A DNA stretch of 64,000 nucleotides from NCBI RefSeq assembly GCF_963921235.1, contig NC_086097.1, positions 135,658,001 through 135,722,000 of the forward strand, given 5' to 3'. The position numbers and the translations under genes are program-made. The notes under the pieces are model-generated. The model saw nothing but the letters and a program-made list of their open reading frames with translations, had not been told where the DNA came from and ran no database searches. The stretch is from Mobula hypostoma (Eukaryota). Positions 1 through 12,149 of the stretch are shown here, piece after piece (position 1 is the first letter of the stretch; each line of letters opens with the position of its first letter).

Positions 1-2152
1 CAGGTCACATGATCCTGGCAGTCCAATACTAGCCATTCTTTTCTACAAGTAAGTTAGTGTTCCTCTTTCTTTTCATTAGGATCTTGCTGTTGGCAAACTG
101 GTCTCATTCTTTTGCTTTGTGATCCAGTCATGTTCCTGCTTCCTGCTGGTAGATCATGAATCTTGTGCCTTTCAGGGGAACCCAGTCACTGAGATCATAT
201 ATTGACCACAGTTTGCTCAGTGTGCTTTCCTTGGTGGTGGTGAAAAGAGGGCAGTTTTGGCAAAGAAAGTGACAATGTGCAGTACACACCTGGTTCAAAG
301 CTTGTTGAGTTAGATGCTTCCTCTCCGTATGGGGTTGAGTAGGATCCGGGATCAGGCGTGATGGAATGGCGGAGCAGACTCAATGGCCCAAATGACCTAG
401 TTCTGCTCCTGTGTCTTATGGTATGATAAGATACTTTTGAAACAATACCTCTATTATATGATAAGGTTTATTGACACTGCACTCAGCCCTGTTTCTTTGC
501 TCTTGCTCCAGTGACATTTTGCCTGGTGGGCTTCCACTTTTTCCACTGTTACAGGAGTTTCTATGTGTGTTAAACTCACCCTGAAAAGGCTCATAGCCCT
601 TTTAATGCATGGCGCAAATGGTGTAGGGAGCTGGCTGGGAAACGAGGCATGAGATCTGGATCATTTTCAGCTTTGAAACCAGTGGAAATGGGAATAGCAA
701 AGACATTATCTCCAGCAGTGGGAATATCAAACACTGAACATGGTGGGATGTGAGACTGGATTCGATCCATTCTTGGGCCTGTCCTAAAGGCTCCCATGCT
801 GACAGTAGTCTCATTGTCTTCATAACGGATATTCTCTCGACATATAGAATAACTTGCTTGGACTTGATACCGTTAACAGTGCCATAAGTCTTTTTTTTAA
901 ATTGAAGAACATTCCAGAATTCTTGTGTTTTCTGTCCATAACTTTGCAGTAGCTGGATAAATCAAGTTCTGATCTTCTGGCTTAGATCCTTAGCATTTCC
1001 CTGTTTTTTTCCCCTCTGGAGTTTTGTACACAATGTTCTATATCTTTCTGGAAGAAATTTCAGTTCCAGTATTTCTGCTGCTTAACCCTGTGGATGAAGC
1101 AGTACACTAATGCCCATGGCTGATGGAAAATCCTCCCTCTTTCTAACCGCAGTCTCTTTCCCTTCCCTACAGTCCACATTTCACTTTAATGCATGATCTA
1201 CCTTTGCTTATATCAGAAGGAAAATAGGAGCAGGAATTCTAAGGGTGCCCCCCTCAACCCTGCTCTGCCATGGCTGACCTGGCCCAGGCCTCTACTCCTC
1301 TTCTGTGTCACTTCCCCTTTTCCCTCAATTCTCTGATCATTCAAAGATCAGTTGCAGATATAAAAGCCCAAAAGCATGTACCGCCAGGCACAGGCACAGC
1401 TTCTGACTCACTGCTCTAAGACTACTGAACAATTTCTTTGTATGATAAAATGAACTCTTGACTTTGCAATCTACCTGGTTATGACCTTGCAACTTATTGC
1501 CTGCATTCCCTGTAACTGTATCACTCCATTCTGCATTCTGTTATTGATTTCCCTTGTACTAGCTCAATGCACTGACATGATGACATGATCTGTAAGTGGG
1601 CATGCAAAACAAACTTTTCCCACTGGACTTTGATGCACTTGACAATAATAAAGCAGTTTATCAATATACCTACCACCTCTTTAAATATTTCATGACTTGT
1701 AAAACTGTTTCCAGAAATCCAGCTCCCCCTCCCCGCAGGATAAAACGTTCTAAAAATTCAACACACCCTGCAGAAGAGATTTCTACACACCTCAGTTTTA
1801 AAAGATCATCCCCTTATCTTGTCCCTCAATCCCCTTGTTTGAGACTCTCCCATTGGTAGAAATGCCTCATCATCTGGTGTGTCACGTTTCCATATAATCT
1901 CATACGTTTCAGTAAGATCGCCCTTCATTCTTTTGAACTCCAGAGAAAACAGTTCTAAGTTTTCAACTATTTCTGATAGTTTGAGAGGGTTACCCTGGGA
2001 AGTATCCTGAATATCGTTTTTGAAATCTCTTTAATGCTAGTTTATTCTATCTTAAATAAAAAGACCAAAATTGACACGCAGCTGCGAACCCCAGGATCCC
2101 TCTGTACTCCACTAACTAACAGCCTCTCTGTACTTAGGACAACAGACACAAA

Positions 2153-2286
2153 CCTGATGAAGGGTCCCGGTCCAAAATGTCGCCTGTTTATTCATTTCCA
2201 TAGATGCTGCTTGACCTACTGAGTTCCTCTGGCATTTTCTGTCTGTTTCTCCAGATTTCCAGCATCTGCAGAATCTCTTGTGTCTC
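2153..2286 (+). mobile_element. Penelope-derived short element with decayed hammerhead motif
   Basis: CTGATGA-AGGGTCCCGGTCC-AAAATGTC (GAAAC mutated) followed by TAGATGCTGCTTGACCTACTGAGTTCCTC and CCAGCATCTGCAGAATCTCTTGTG; same family as 7031-7139 and 14311-14444. Confidence 0.7.
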
Positions 2287-2884
2287 TGTATCCAGGTTCC
2301 AGTTTTTCTTTTGATTATTCTTCCTGAAGTGGATAACCCCTCACTTTCCACATTAAACTCTTTTTTGACACTTTAAACCTATTGGCTCCAGTTTCAACCA
2401 TAATGCTTAGTAAGTCAGAGATCATCAATGTCAGTCTCTCCTATGCCTTTGTTTAGTTTCTGGTGATGATATCATGCAGCCATGACCCTGACAAAGTAGA
2501 CAACCCATGAATGAATAGCACATTTATTGTCTTTGCCACACAGTTATCTGATGAACAATTGTGAGGAGAACACAATAAAATGGGAACAAGAGTAGGCCTT
2601 TTGGTCCCCAAGCCTTCTCCTTCTTTCAGAACCATCATGGCTGATCTGCCCAAGTTCTCAACTACTCTTCTGTGTTATTTCCACTTGGCCCCTCATTTCC
2701 TAATCTTCCAGACATATATCTCTTCTTAAAATATCTCCAATGATTTAACCTCCAGAAATCTCCATGGTGAAAGTTCCCAGAGGGTCAACATCCCTATGAA
2801 ACCATTTCCTTATCTTGTAACCATATCCTCTTGTTTCAGAGTCCACCATAGTGGAAACGGGTTCATGTTTACCCTGTCAAAGAT

Positions 2885-3228
2885 TTGGCAAAGTTATTTC
2901 CCATGGTAGGAGATTCTAGGACAAGAGGGCACGACTTCAGGATTGAAGGACGTCCTTTTAGAACTGCGATGTAGAGGAATTACTTTAGTCAGAAGGTGGT
3001 AAATCTGTGGAGTTTGTTGCCATGAACAGCTGTGGAGGCCAAATCACTGGGTGTATTTAAGGCAGAGATAGATAGGTTCTTGATTAACCAGGGCATCAAA
3101 GTATATGGGGTGAAAGCAGGGGGATGGGGATGACTGGAAGAATTGGATCAGCCCATGATTGAATGGCGGAGCAAACTAGATGGGCGGAACAGCCTACTTC
3201 TGCTCCTATATCTTATGGTCTTATGGTC
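2885..3228 (+). mobile_element. CR1 LINE 3' fragment
   Basis: Same 3' coding and UTR sequence as the large CR1 copies (RTRGHDFRI-type end), ending in a TCTTATGG TCTTATGG tandem tail. Confidence 0.75.
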
Positions 3229-3613
3229 ATATCCTCTTAGGATCTTGCCCATTTCAATAAGAACAACCTCATTTCTCTAAGCTCCAAAAATTACAGATCT
3301 AATTCCATTTTGTGCAGGTGGCCCGGTTGTTCCAAGAATTAGACAAAGTAATTTTTTTTAGATCTACCTTTCTATATTAGTATACCTGTACACCAAAATG
3401 GTACACAGTAGTCAATGTGTGGCCTCACCGAAATAGTAATAAAACTGTAATAAAATCTTACTCTTTTTTAAACTCTAACTTTTTGGCAATAAAGGCCAAG
3501 CTGCCTTCCTAACTACTTATACACTAGCCTACTGACTTTTTGTGATTTGTACTGAAGAACATTTAGTTTATTTTGTAATCTCTCTCCATTTCAATAATTG
3601 TCTGCATTTGTAT

Positions 3614-3988
3614 TCAAAAGATTGAAAGGGATTCAAAGTACATTCGTTATCAAAGTATGTATACAGTATGCATCTTGAGATTCATCTTTTCCACAGACAG
3701 CCAGAAAACAACGAAAACAACGAAAACCATGAAAACCAAGAAAGAAAACTATGGAACCCATTCAAAGAGAAAACATATCAATCCTCCCTCCATGCCACAA
3801 AAAAATAGTGCAAACAGCAACAGGAACATCACCCCTTGCACAAACCATCAAGCTGTAGATCACAGACTCCAACAGTATCAGAACCACGATTAAAAGAAAG
3901 AGAAGATATAAAAGAAGTTAAAGAAATAGTTTCGTGGGCCATCTGGAGAATGTCACCCATAGTAGCATAGTTTGCTGGCACCATCTTC
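3614..3988 (-). mobile_element. Non-autonomous retroposon (AAGATGG head, Rex1-type tail)
   Basis: On - strand starts AAGATGGTGCCAGC and ends GATAACGAATGTACTTTGAATC; homologous to 19890-20571 and 60979-61802. Confidence 0.55.
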
Positions 3989-4109
3989 TCTTTTTAATGA
4001 AGTGCATCACTTACATTTCCCACAGTCTTTGAGTTACATAGAACATAGAATAGTACAGCACAGTACAGGCCCTTCGACCCACAATGTTGTGCCGATCCTG
4101 AAACCCTGC

Positions 4110-6900
4110 CTCCCATTAAAACCCCCCACCTTAAATTCCTTCATATACCTGTCTAGTAGTCTCTTAAACTTCACTAGTGTATCTACCTCCACCACTGACT
4201 CAGGCAGTGCATTCCACGCACCAACCACTCTCTGAGTGAAAAAACCTTCCTCTAATATCCCCCTTGAACTTCCCACCCCTTACATTAAAGCCATGTCCTC
4301 TTGTATTGAACAGTAGTGCCCTGGGGAAGAGGCGCTAGCTATCCACTCTATCTATTCCTCTTAATATCTTGTATACCTCTATCATGTCTCCTCTCATCCT
4401 CCTTCTCTCCAAAGAGTAAAGCCCTAGCTCCCTTAATCTCTGCTCATAATGCATACTCTCTAAACCTGGCAGCATCCTGGTAAATCTCCTCTGTACCCTT
4501 TCCAATGCTTCCATATCCTTCCTATAGTGAGGCGACCAGAAATGGACACAGTACTCCAAGTGTGGCCTAACCAGAGTTTTATAGAGCTGCATCATTACCT
4601 CGCGACTCTTAAACTCTGTCCCTCGACTTTTGAAGGCTAACACCCCATAAGCTTTCTTAACTACCCTATCTACCTGTGAGGCAACTTTCAGGGATCTGTG
4701 GACAGGTACCCCCAGATCTCTCTGCTCCTCCACACTACCAAGTATCCTGCCATTTACTTTGTACTCTGCCTTGGAGTTTGTCCTTCCAAAGTGTACCACC
4801 TCACACTTCTCCGGGTTGAACTCCATCTGTCACTTCTCAGCCCACTTCTGCATCCTATCAATGTCTCTCTGTAACCTTTGACAATTCTCCACACTATCCA
4901 CAACACGACCAACCTCTGTGTCGTCTGCAAACTTGCCAATCCACCCTTCTACCCCCACATTCAGGTCATTAATAAAAATCACAAAAAGTAGATATCCCAG
5001 AACAGATCCTTGTGGGACAGCACTAGTCACAACCCTCCAATCTGAATGCACTCCCTCCACCACGACCCTCTGCTTTCTGCAGGCAAGCCAATTCTGAATC
5101 CACCTGGCCAAACTTTCCTGGATCCCATGTCTTCTGACTTTCTGAATAAGCCTACCATGTGGAACCTTGTCAAATGCCTTACTAAAATCCACGTAGATCA
5201 CATCCACTGCACTACCCTCATCTATATGCCTGGTCACTTCCTCAAAGAACTCTATCAGGCTTGTTAGACACGATCTGCCCATCACAAAGCCATGCTAACT
5301 GCCCCTGATCAGACCATGATTCTCTAAATGCCCATAGATCCTATCTCTAAGAATCTTTTCCAACAGCTTTCCCACCACAGACGTAAGGCTCACTGGTCTA
5401 TAATTACCCAGACTATCCCTACTACCTTTTTTGAACAAGGGGACAACATTCACCTCCCTCCAATCCTCTGGTACCATTCCCGTGGACAACGAGGACATAA
5501 AGATCCTAGCCAGAGGCTCAGCAATCTCTTCTCTCGCCTCGTGGAGCAGCCTGGGGAATATTCCGTCAGGCCCCAGGGACTTACCTGTCCTAATGTATTT
5601 TAACAACTCCAACACCTCCTCTCCCTTAATATCAGCATGCTCCAGAACATCAACCTCACTCATACTGTCCTCACCGTCATCAAGTTCCCTCTCATTGGTG
5701 AATACCGAAGAGAAGTATTCATTGAGGACCTCGCTCACTTCCACAGCCTCCAGGCACATCTTCCCACCTTTATCTCTAATCGGTCCTATCTTCACTCCTG
5801 TTGTCCTTTTGTTCTTCACATAATTGAAGAATGTCTTGGGGTTTTCCTTTGCCCTACTCGCCAAGGCTTTCTCATGCCCCCTTCTTGCTCTTCTCAACCC
5901 CTTCTTAAGCTCCTTTCTTGCTTCCCTATATTCCTCAATAGACCCATCTGATCCTTGCTTCCTAAACCTCATGTATGATGCCTTCTTCCACCTGACTAGA
6001 TTTTCCACCTCACTTGTCACCCATGGTTCTTTCACCCTACCATTCTTTATCTTCCTCACCGGGACAAATTTATCCCTAACATCCTGCAAGAGATCCCTAA
6101 ACATCGACCACATGTCCATAGTACATTCCCCTGCAAAAACATCATCCCAATTCAACCCGCAAGTTCTAGCCTTATAGCCTCATAACTTGCCCTTCCCCAA
6201 TTAAAAATGTTCCTGTCTTCAGTGATTCTATCCTTTTCCATGATAATGTTAAAGGCCAGGGAGCAGTGGTCACTGTCCCCCAGATGCTCACCCACTGAGA
6301 GATCTGTGACCTGACCCGGTTTGTTACCTAATACTAGATCTAGAATGGCATTCCCCCTAGTCGGCCTGTCAACATACTGTGACAGGAATCCGTCCTGGAC
6401 ACACTTAACAAACTCTGCCCTGTCTAAACCATTGGAACTAATCAGGTGCCAGTCAATATTAGGGAAGTTAAAGTCATCCACGATAACAACCTGTTATTTT
6501 TTCATCTTTCCAAAATCTGCCTCCCAATCTGCTCCTCGGTATCTCTGCTGCTACCAGGGGGCCTATAGAATACCCCCAGTAGAGTAACTACTCCCTTCCT
6601 GTTCCTGACTTCCACCCATATTGACTCAAAAGAGGATCCTGCTGCATTACCCACCCTTTCTGTAGCTGTAATAGTATCCCTGACCAGTAATGCCACCCCT
6701 CCTCCCCCCCCATCCCATTTAAAGCACTGAAATCCAGGAATATTGAGAATCCATTCCTGCCCTGGTGCCAGCCAAGTCTCTGTAATGGCCACTATATCAT
6801 AATTCCATGTATGTATCCAAGCTCTCAATTCATCGCCTTTGTTCCTGATGCTTCGTGCATTGAAGTACACGCACTTTAGCCCTTCTACCTTACTACCTTT
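4110..6900 (-). pseudogene. CR1 ORF2 (APE endonuclease + reverse transcriptase), broken by stops and frameshifts
   Basis: ORF pieces 6502-7014 (NARSIRNK, ITETWL), 6152-6481 (DFNFP, LDLVL, SDH), 5295-6155 (GPDG, NYRPVSLTS), 4830-5285 ([19 protein letters not shown]), 4335-4826 (LVRPHLEYC). Confidence 0.93.
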
Positions 6901-7030
6901 ACACCCTTTTTTCTGCTTCTCTTTCTTCAAAGTCTCTTTATATGTTAGATCGAGCTTTACTCCATGCACTACATGTATACTTGCAGTTCTCGCATGACCT
7001 TTATCCTGCTCCACCTCACTATCTGCTCTA

Positions 7031-7139
7031 TCTGCTCTATCTGTCCTGACGAAGGGTCTCGGCCTGAAACGTTGACTGCACCTCTTCCTACAGATGCTGC
7101 CTGGCCTGCTGCGTTTCCACCAGCAACTTTGATGTATGT
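7031..7139 (+). mobile_element. Short Penelope-derived insertion into the CR1 inter-ORF region
   Basis: Foreign ~110 bp flanked by TATCTGCTCTA at 7020-7030 and 7140-7150. Confidence 0.8.
7043..7076 (+). ncRNA. Putative minimal type I hammerhead ribozyme
   Basis: GTC-CTGACGA(7046-7052)-A-GGGT/CTCG/GCCT-GAAAC(7066-7070)-GTT-GAC; all core nucleotides present, stem III is the palindrome ACGT; activity untested. Confidence 0.6.
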
Positions 7140-7182
7140 TATCTGCTCTAACACTTGGTTCCCCTCCCCCTGCAAATCTAGT

Positions 7183-8060
7183 TTAACCCCCCCCCCCCCC
7201 CACCGGAGCAGCACTAGCAAACCTTTCCGCAAGGATATTAGCCCCCCTCCAGTTCAGGTGCAACCCGTCTCGTCGGAACAGGTCCCACCTTCCCTGGAAC
7301 AAGGCCCAATTGTCCAGACACATGAAGCCCTCCCTCCTGCACCAACTCCTTAGCCACGTATTTAGCTGCATTATCTTCCTTTTTCTAGCCTCACTAGCAT
7401 GTGGCACGGGTAGCAATCCTGAGATTGCAACCCTGGAGGTCCTGTCCTTCAACTTTGCACCTAACTCCCTAAACTCTCTTTGCAGGACCTCCTCCTTCTT
7501 CCTATCCATGTCATTAGTCCCTACATGGGTCACAACATCTGGCTGCTCACCTTCCCTCTTGAGAATACTGAGAACTCGATCTGAGATATCGCGGACCCTG
7601 GCACCAGGGAGGCAACAGACCATCCGAGATTCTCGATCTCTCTCACGGAACCTCTTATCTGTCCCCCTAACTATCGAATCCCCTATCACTACTGCTCTTC
7701 TCTTTTCCCTCCTTCCCTTTTGAGCTGAGGGTCTAGTCTTGGTGCCAGAGACACAACCACTGCAACTTGTCCCCGGTAGGTCGTCCCCACCAACAGTATC
7801 CAAAACGGTATACTTATTATTGATGGGAATGGCCACAGGGGTGCTCTGCTCATTCTGTCTATTCCCCTTCCCTCTCCTGACAGTCACCCAGCTACCTGTC
7901 TCCTGACTTGTCGGGGTGACTATCTCCCTGAAACTCCTGTCTATTTCTGCCTCTGCCTCACGAATGATCAGAAGTTCATCCAGCTCCAGCTCCAGTTTCC
8001 TAACTCGGTTTGTCAGGAGCTGTAGCTGGATGCACCTTTTACAGGTGTAGTCATCAGGGT
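7183..8060 (-). pseudogene. CR1 ORF1p with SGNH/GDSL esterase domain; N-terminus apparently lost
   Basis: CKRC followed by leucine heptads (LQLLTNRVRKLELELDEL), then VIGDSIVR, CLPGARV, HVGTND and DGLHLN esterase blocks within ORF 7183-8142. Confidence 0.9.
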
Positions 8061-8094
8061 CAGTTGTGCCCGCCTTGACAGTCGTGCAGTCGTG

Positions 8095-8273
8095 CAGTCG
8101 TGCCCCATTCAAACTGCCGAAGAAATGATCTCCCCTTTTCAATCTGTTCGCTTTTTAAACTCTCCCGCTGTCTCACAGGCCAACATTCACGTGCCTGCGC
8201 AGTCGTGCCCTGTTCAAACTGCCGAAGAAATGACCTCCCCTTTTCAATCTGTTGGCTTTTTCAACTCTCCTGC
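8095..8273 (-). repeat. 105-bp tandem monomers in CR1 5' UTR (about 1.7 copies)
   Basis: CAGTCGTGCCC..TTCAAACTGCCGAAGAAATGA.CTCCCCTTTTCAATCTGTT at 8095 and 8200. Confidence 0.85.
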
Positions 8274-9137
8274 TATATAGCATGAGCATAGACTCTTCAG
8301 CCCAACCTGTACATGCTGACCGAGATGTCTATTGGAGCCAGTCCTTCCTGCCTGGGTTTGGTCCATATCCCTCCAGGCCTCTTCTATCCATGTGCCCAAC
8401 CAAATGTCTTCTGAAAGTTGTGATTGTACATGCCCCTGCTATGTAACCTGGAAACTTGTTCAAAAGCTCACCACCCTCTGGGTGAAAGAGGTTACCTGTC
8501 AGGGTCTCTTTAAATATTTCTCCTCTCATCTTAAACCTATGCTCTCTGGTCATCCACCTTATCTATAACCCTCATGATTTTATAAACCTCCTCTAAGGCC
8601 TGCCCACATCCTCCTACACTCCAGGAAAGACATGTCCACTGATTGTTCTAAAAATATCCCAGTCTATCCAGTCTCTCTTTCCATTCCTGATAACATTCTT
8701 CTGCACCCTTTCCAGTTTTTTGACATCCTTCCTACAGTTGGTCAACTAGAAAGACCAATTTACACTCCATTTGATAGGTTTTGGACAACTCCCTCAACCT
8801 ACCATACACCCTATCAAGGAGGGCAGATCTCTGCATCACAACATGCCCTTCAGTCTCTTTTAATGTCATTGACAAATTGGGATATTTTACACTCAGGCCA
8901 TTCCTGTAGGCCGTTAACGCAAATCTTATACAACTAAAGGCCAAGAACTGGTTCCAAGGGATCAGTTATATCATTCCGGCAATCACCAACAGCATATTCT
9001 GGTCTATCCACATGGACACTATGCCCAAAAAAGCACACCAGCATCTCTGCTTTCTCAGATGTTTAGGAATTTTGGCTTGTGCCTATTGACTCTCAGAAGT
9101 TTTCACAAATGCTCCATAGAAAGCATGCCATTCAAAT

Positions 9138-11031
9138 ACCATATAACCATATAACAATTACAGCACGGAAACAGGCCATCTCAGCCCTTCTAGTCCATGC
9201 CAAACTCTTACTCTCACCTAGTCCCACTGACCTGCACTCAGCCCATAACCCTCCTTTCCTTTCCTGTTCATATATCTATCCAATTTAACTTTAAACGACA
9301 ACATCAAACTTGCCTCAACAACTTCTGCTGGAAGCTTGTTCCACACAGCTACCACTCTCTGAGTAAAGAAGTTTCCCCTCATGTTACCTCTAAACTTTTG
9401 TCCTCTAATTCCCAACCTATGCCCTCTTGTTTGAATCTCCCCCATTCTCAATGGAAAAAGCCTATCCACGTCAACTCTATCAATCCCCCTCATAATTTTA
9501 AACATCTCTATCAAGTCCCCCCTCAACCTTCTACACTCCAAAGAATAAAGACCTAACTTGTTCAACCTTTCTCTGTAACTTAGGAGGTGAAATCCAGGCA
9601 ACATTTTAGTAAACCTCCTCTGTACTCTCTCAATTTTATTGACATCTTTCCTATAATTCGGTGACCAGAACTGTACACAATACTCCAAATTTGGCCTTAC
9701 CAATGCCTTATACAATTTCAACATTACATCCCAACTCCTATACGCAATGCTCTGATTAATAAAGGCCAGTATACCAAAAGCTTTCTTCGCCACCCTATCC
9801 ACATGAGATTCCACCTTCATGGAACTATGCACCATTAATCCTAGATCCCTCTGTTCTACAGTATTCTTCAATGCCCTACCATTTACCATGTATGTCCTAT
9901 TTTGATTAGTCCTACCAAAATATAGCACCTCACATTTCTCAGCATTAAACTCCATCTGCCATCTTTCAGCCCAGTCTTCTAACTGGCCTAAATCTCTCTG
10001 CAAGCTTTGAAAACCTACTTCATTATCCATAACACCACCTATCTTAGTATCATCTGCATACTTACTAATCCAATTTACCATCCCATCATCCAGATCATTA
10101 ATATATATGACAAACAACATTGGACCCAGTAAAGATCCCTGAGGCACACCGCTACACACCGTCCTACAATCTGACACACAGTTATCCACCATTACTCTCT
10201 GGTTTCTCTCATCTAGCCACTGCTGAATCCATTTTACTACTTCAATACTAATGCCTAACGATTGAACTCAACAACTTCTGCTGGAAGCTTGTTCCACACA
10301 GCTACCACTCTCTGAGTAAAGAAGTTTCCCCTCATGTTACCTCTAAACTTTTGTCCTCTAATTCCCAACCTATGCCCTCTTGTTTGAATCTCCCCCATTC
10401 TCAATGGAAAAAGCCTATCCACGTCAACTCTATCAATCCCCCTCATAATTTTAAACATCTCTATCAAGTCCCCCCTCACTAACCTTCCGTGTGGAACCTT
10501 GTCAAAGGCCTTACTGAAGTCCATATAGACAACATCCACCGCTTTACCCTCGTCAACTTTCTTAGTAACCTCATCAAAAAATTCAATAAGATTTGTCAAA
10601 CATCACCTTCCACGCACAAATCCATGTTGACTGTTCCTAATCAGACCCTGTCTATCCAGATAATTATATATACCATCTCTAAGAATACTTTCCATCAATT
10701 CGCCCACCACTGACGTCAAACTAACAGGCCGATAATTGCTAGGTTTACTCTTAGAACCCTTTTTAAACAATGGAACCACATGAGGAATACGCCAATCCTC
10801 TGGCACCATCCCCGTTTCTAATGACGTTTGAAATATTTCTGTCAGAGCCCCTGCTATTTCCACACTAACTTCCCTCAAGGTCCTAGGGAATATCTTGTCC
10901 GGACCTGGAGACTTATCCACTTTTATATTCCTTGAAAGCGCCAGTACTTCCTCTTCTTTAATTGTCATACTTTCCATAACTACCCTTCTTGTTTCCTTTA
11001 CTTTACACAATTCAATATCCTTCTCCTTAGT
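9138..11031 (-). mobile_element. 5'-truncated CR1 LINE (second family) with internal 212-bp duplication
   Basis: ORFs 10603-11034, 10255-10599 and 9218-10192 (PQGSLLGP, YADD, LVRPNLEYC); (GTTATATG)n tail; splits an older Rex1-type fragment. Confidence 0.93.
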
Positions 11032-11542
11032 CACAGATACATCACAGTTTGGTTTGGCAAATGGTCTTCATGAGACTGCAAGAAATTACAAATTCCGTGC
11101 AGCACTTCATGGAAACCCGTCTCCCCTCTATTGACTCTGTCTGCACTTCCTGCTGCCTTAACAAAGCAAGCAACATAATCAAAGAGCCCTCCCACCTCAG
11201 TTATTCTCTTTTCTCTCCCTTCCACCTGGCAGAAGGTACTGAAGTTTGAGAACACATACTATCAGACTGAAGGACAGTTCCTATCCCAATGCCACAAACT
11301 CCTGAATAACCTTTGCATGATAAAGATGAACTGTTGGTCTCTCAATCTACCTTGCCCATGGTCCTTGCAGTGCACTTTCTCTGTAACTGTAACACTATTC
11401 TGCATTCTCTGATAGACTTTCCCTTTGCACTATCTCAATGTACTTATGTTTTGGATCTGAATGGATGACATGCAAAACAAAGTGTTTAACTGTATCTCAG
11501 TACATGTGACAAGAATAAACTAATTATCCACTACTACCCACT

Positions 11543-11745
11543 TGGGCACGTGGCCAAGTGGTTAAGGCATTTGTTTAGTGATCTCAAGGTCGCTAGTTTG
11601 AGCCTCAGCTGTGGCAGCGAGTTTGTGCCCTTGAGCAAGGCACTTAACCACACATTGCTCCAGTCTGTGTGAGGAGTGGCGCCCCACACAGACTTCCAAC
11701 CTGCGCCTTGTAAGGCATGAAAATGCCCGATGCAGGCCTCTCATG
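11543..11745 (+). mobile_element. tRNA-derived SINE
   Basis: A-box-like TGGCCAAGTGG, B-box-like GTTTGAGCC, body GTGCCCTTGAGCAAGGCACTTAACC; second copy at 40255-40462 (-). Confidence 0.8.
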
Positions 11746-12149
11746 GTGTTCCCTCCCCACCCAGAAACAAAGGCTATGCGGCCTCCAAGAAAGAAAATCC
11801 GGTCGTACAACAGCCATGGCTTTCTGCTGGGCTGACACTCCATTGGGTTCTGTGATCTCCATCCACCTTTCTGAGGTCCCATTTGATGCTCCCAAATGAT
11901 GTAGACAGCACAGTGATTTGGGTATATTGAACATACTGCTGCTACTGGTCAGGAACACTTGCATGCAACAACCACTGCAGTATGAACCCCCAGGCTTTGG
12001 TTGTCCCTGTGGTTCTCCCTTGGCCCCTGCAGCAACTGAAGTGGTAAACTGTAGAAATCTGGGAAAAAATGTTAATGCCATGCATCCCAACTTTCTGTGG
12101 GATTTCCTGGTGTTCTGTGGGAATTCACTTCCTTAATCCAAGCTGAATC

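Larger units (their letters stand above)
4036..8273 (-). mobile_element. Near full-length CR1-clade LINE (decayed)
   Basis: 5' UTR tandem monomers, ORF1 (Zn-finger half, leucine zipper, esterase), ORF2 (APE endonuclease + RT), 3' UTR ending in (TCTATGT)n; inserted into an older CR1 tail that resumes at 8274. Confidence 0.95.

Noticed and set aside
591..823. Short - strand ORFs near a GTGAGT donor-like site at ~574-579
   Set aside because: Both listed ORFs stop before the donor and resemble no protein I recognise.
5046..7723. Many + strand ORFs of 70-140 aa
   Set aside because: Antisense shadows of CR1 ORF1 and ORF2; the same applies over the other LINEs.
11543..11620. tRNA gene
   Set aside because: A/B-box-like motifs continue into a SINE body repeated at 40255-40462; no complete cloverleaf seen.
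11644..12136. 148-aa and overlapping ORFs as a host gene
   Set aside because: They run into a SINE and show no recognisable domain or exon structure.
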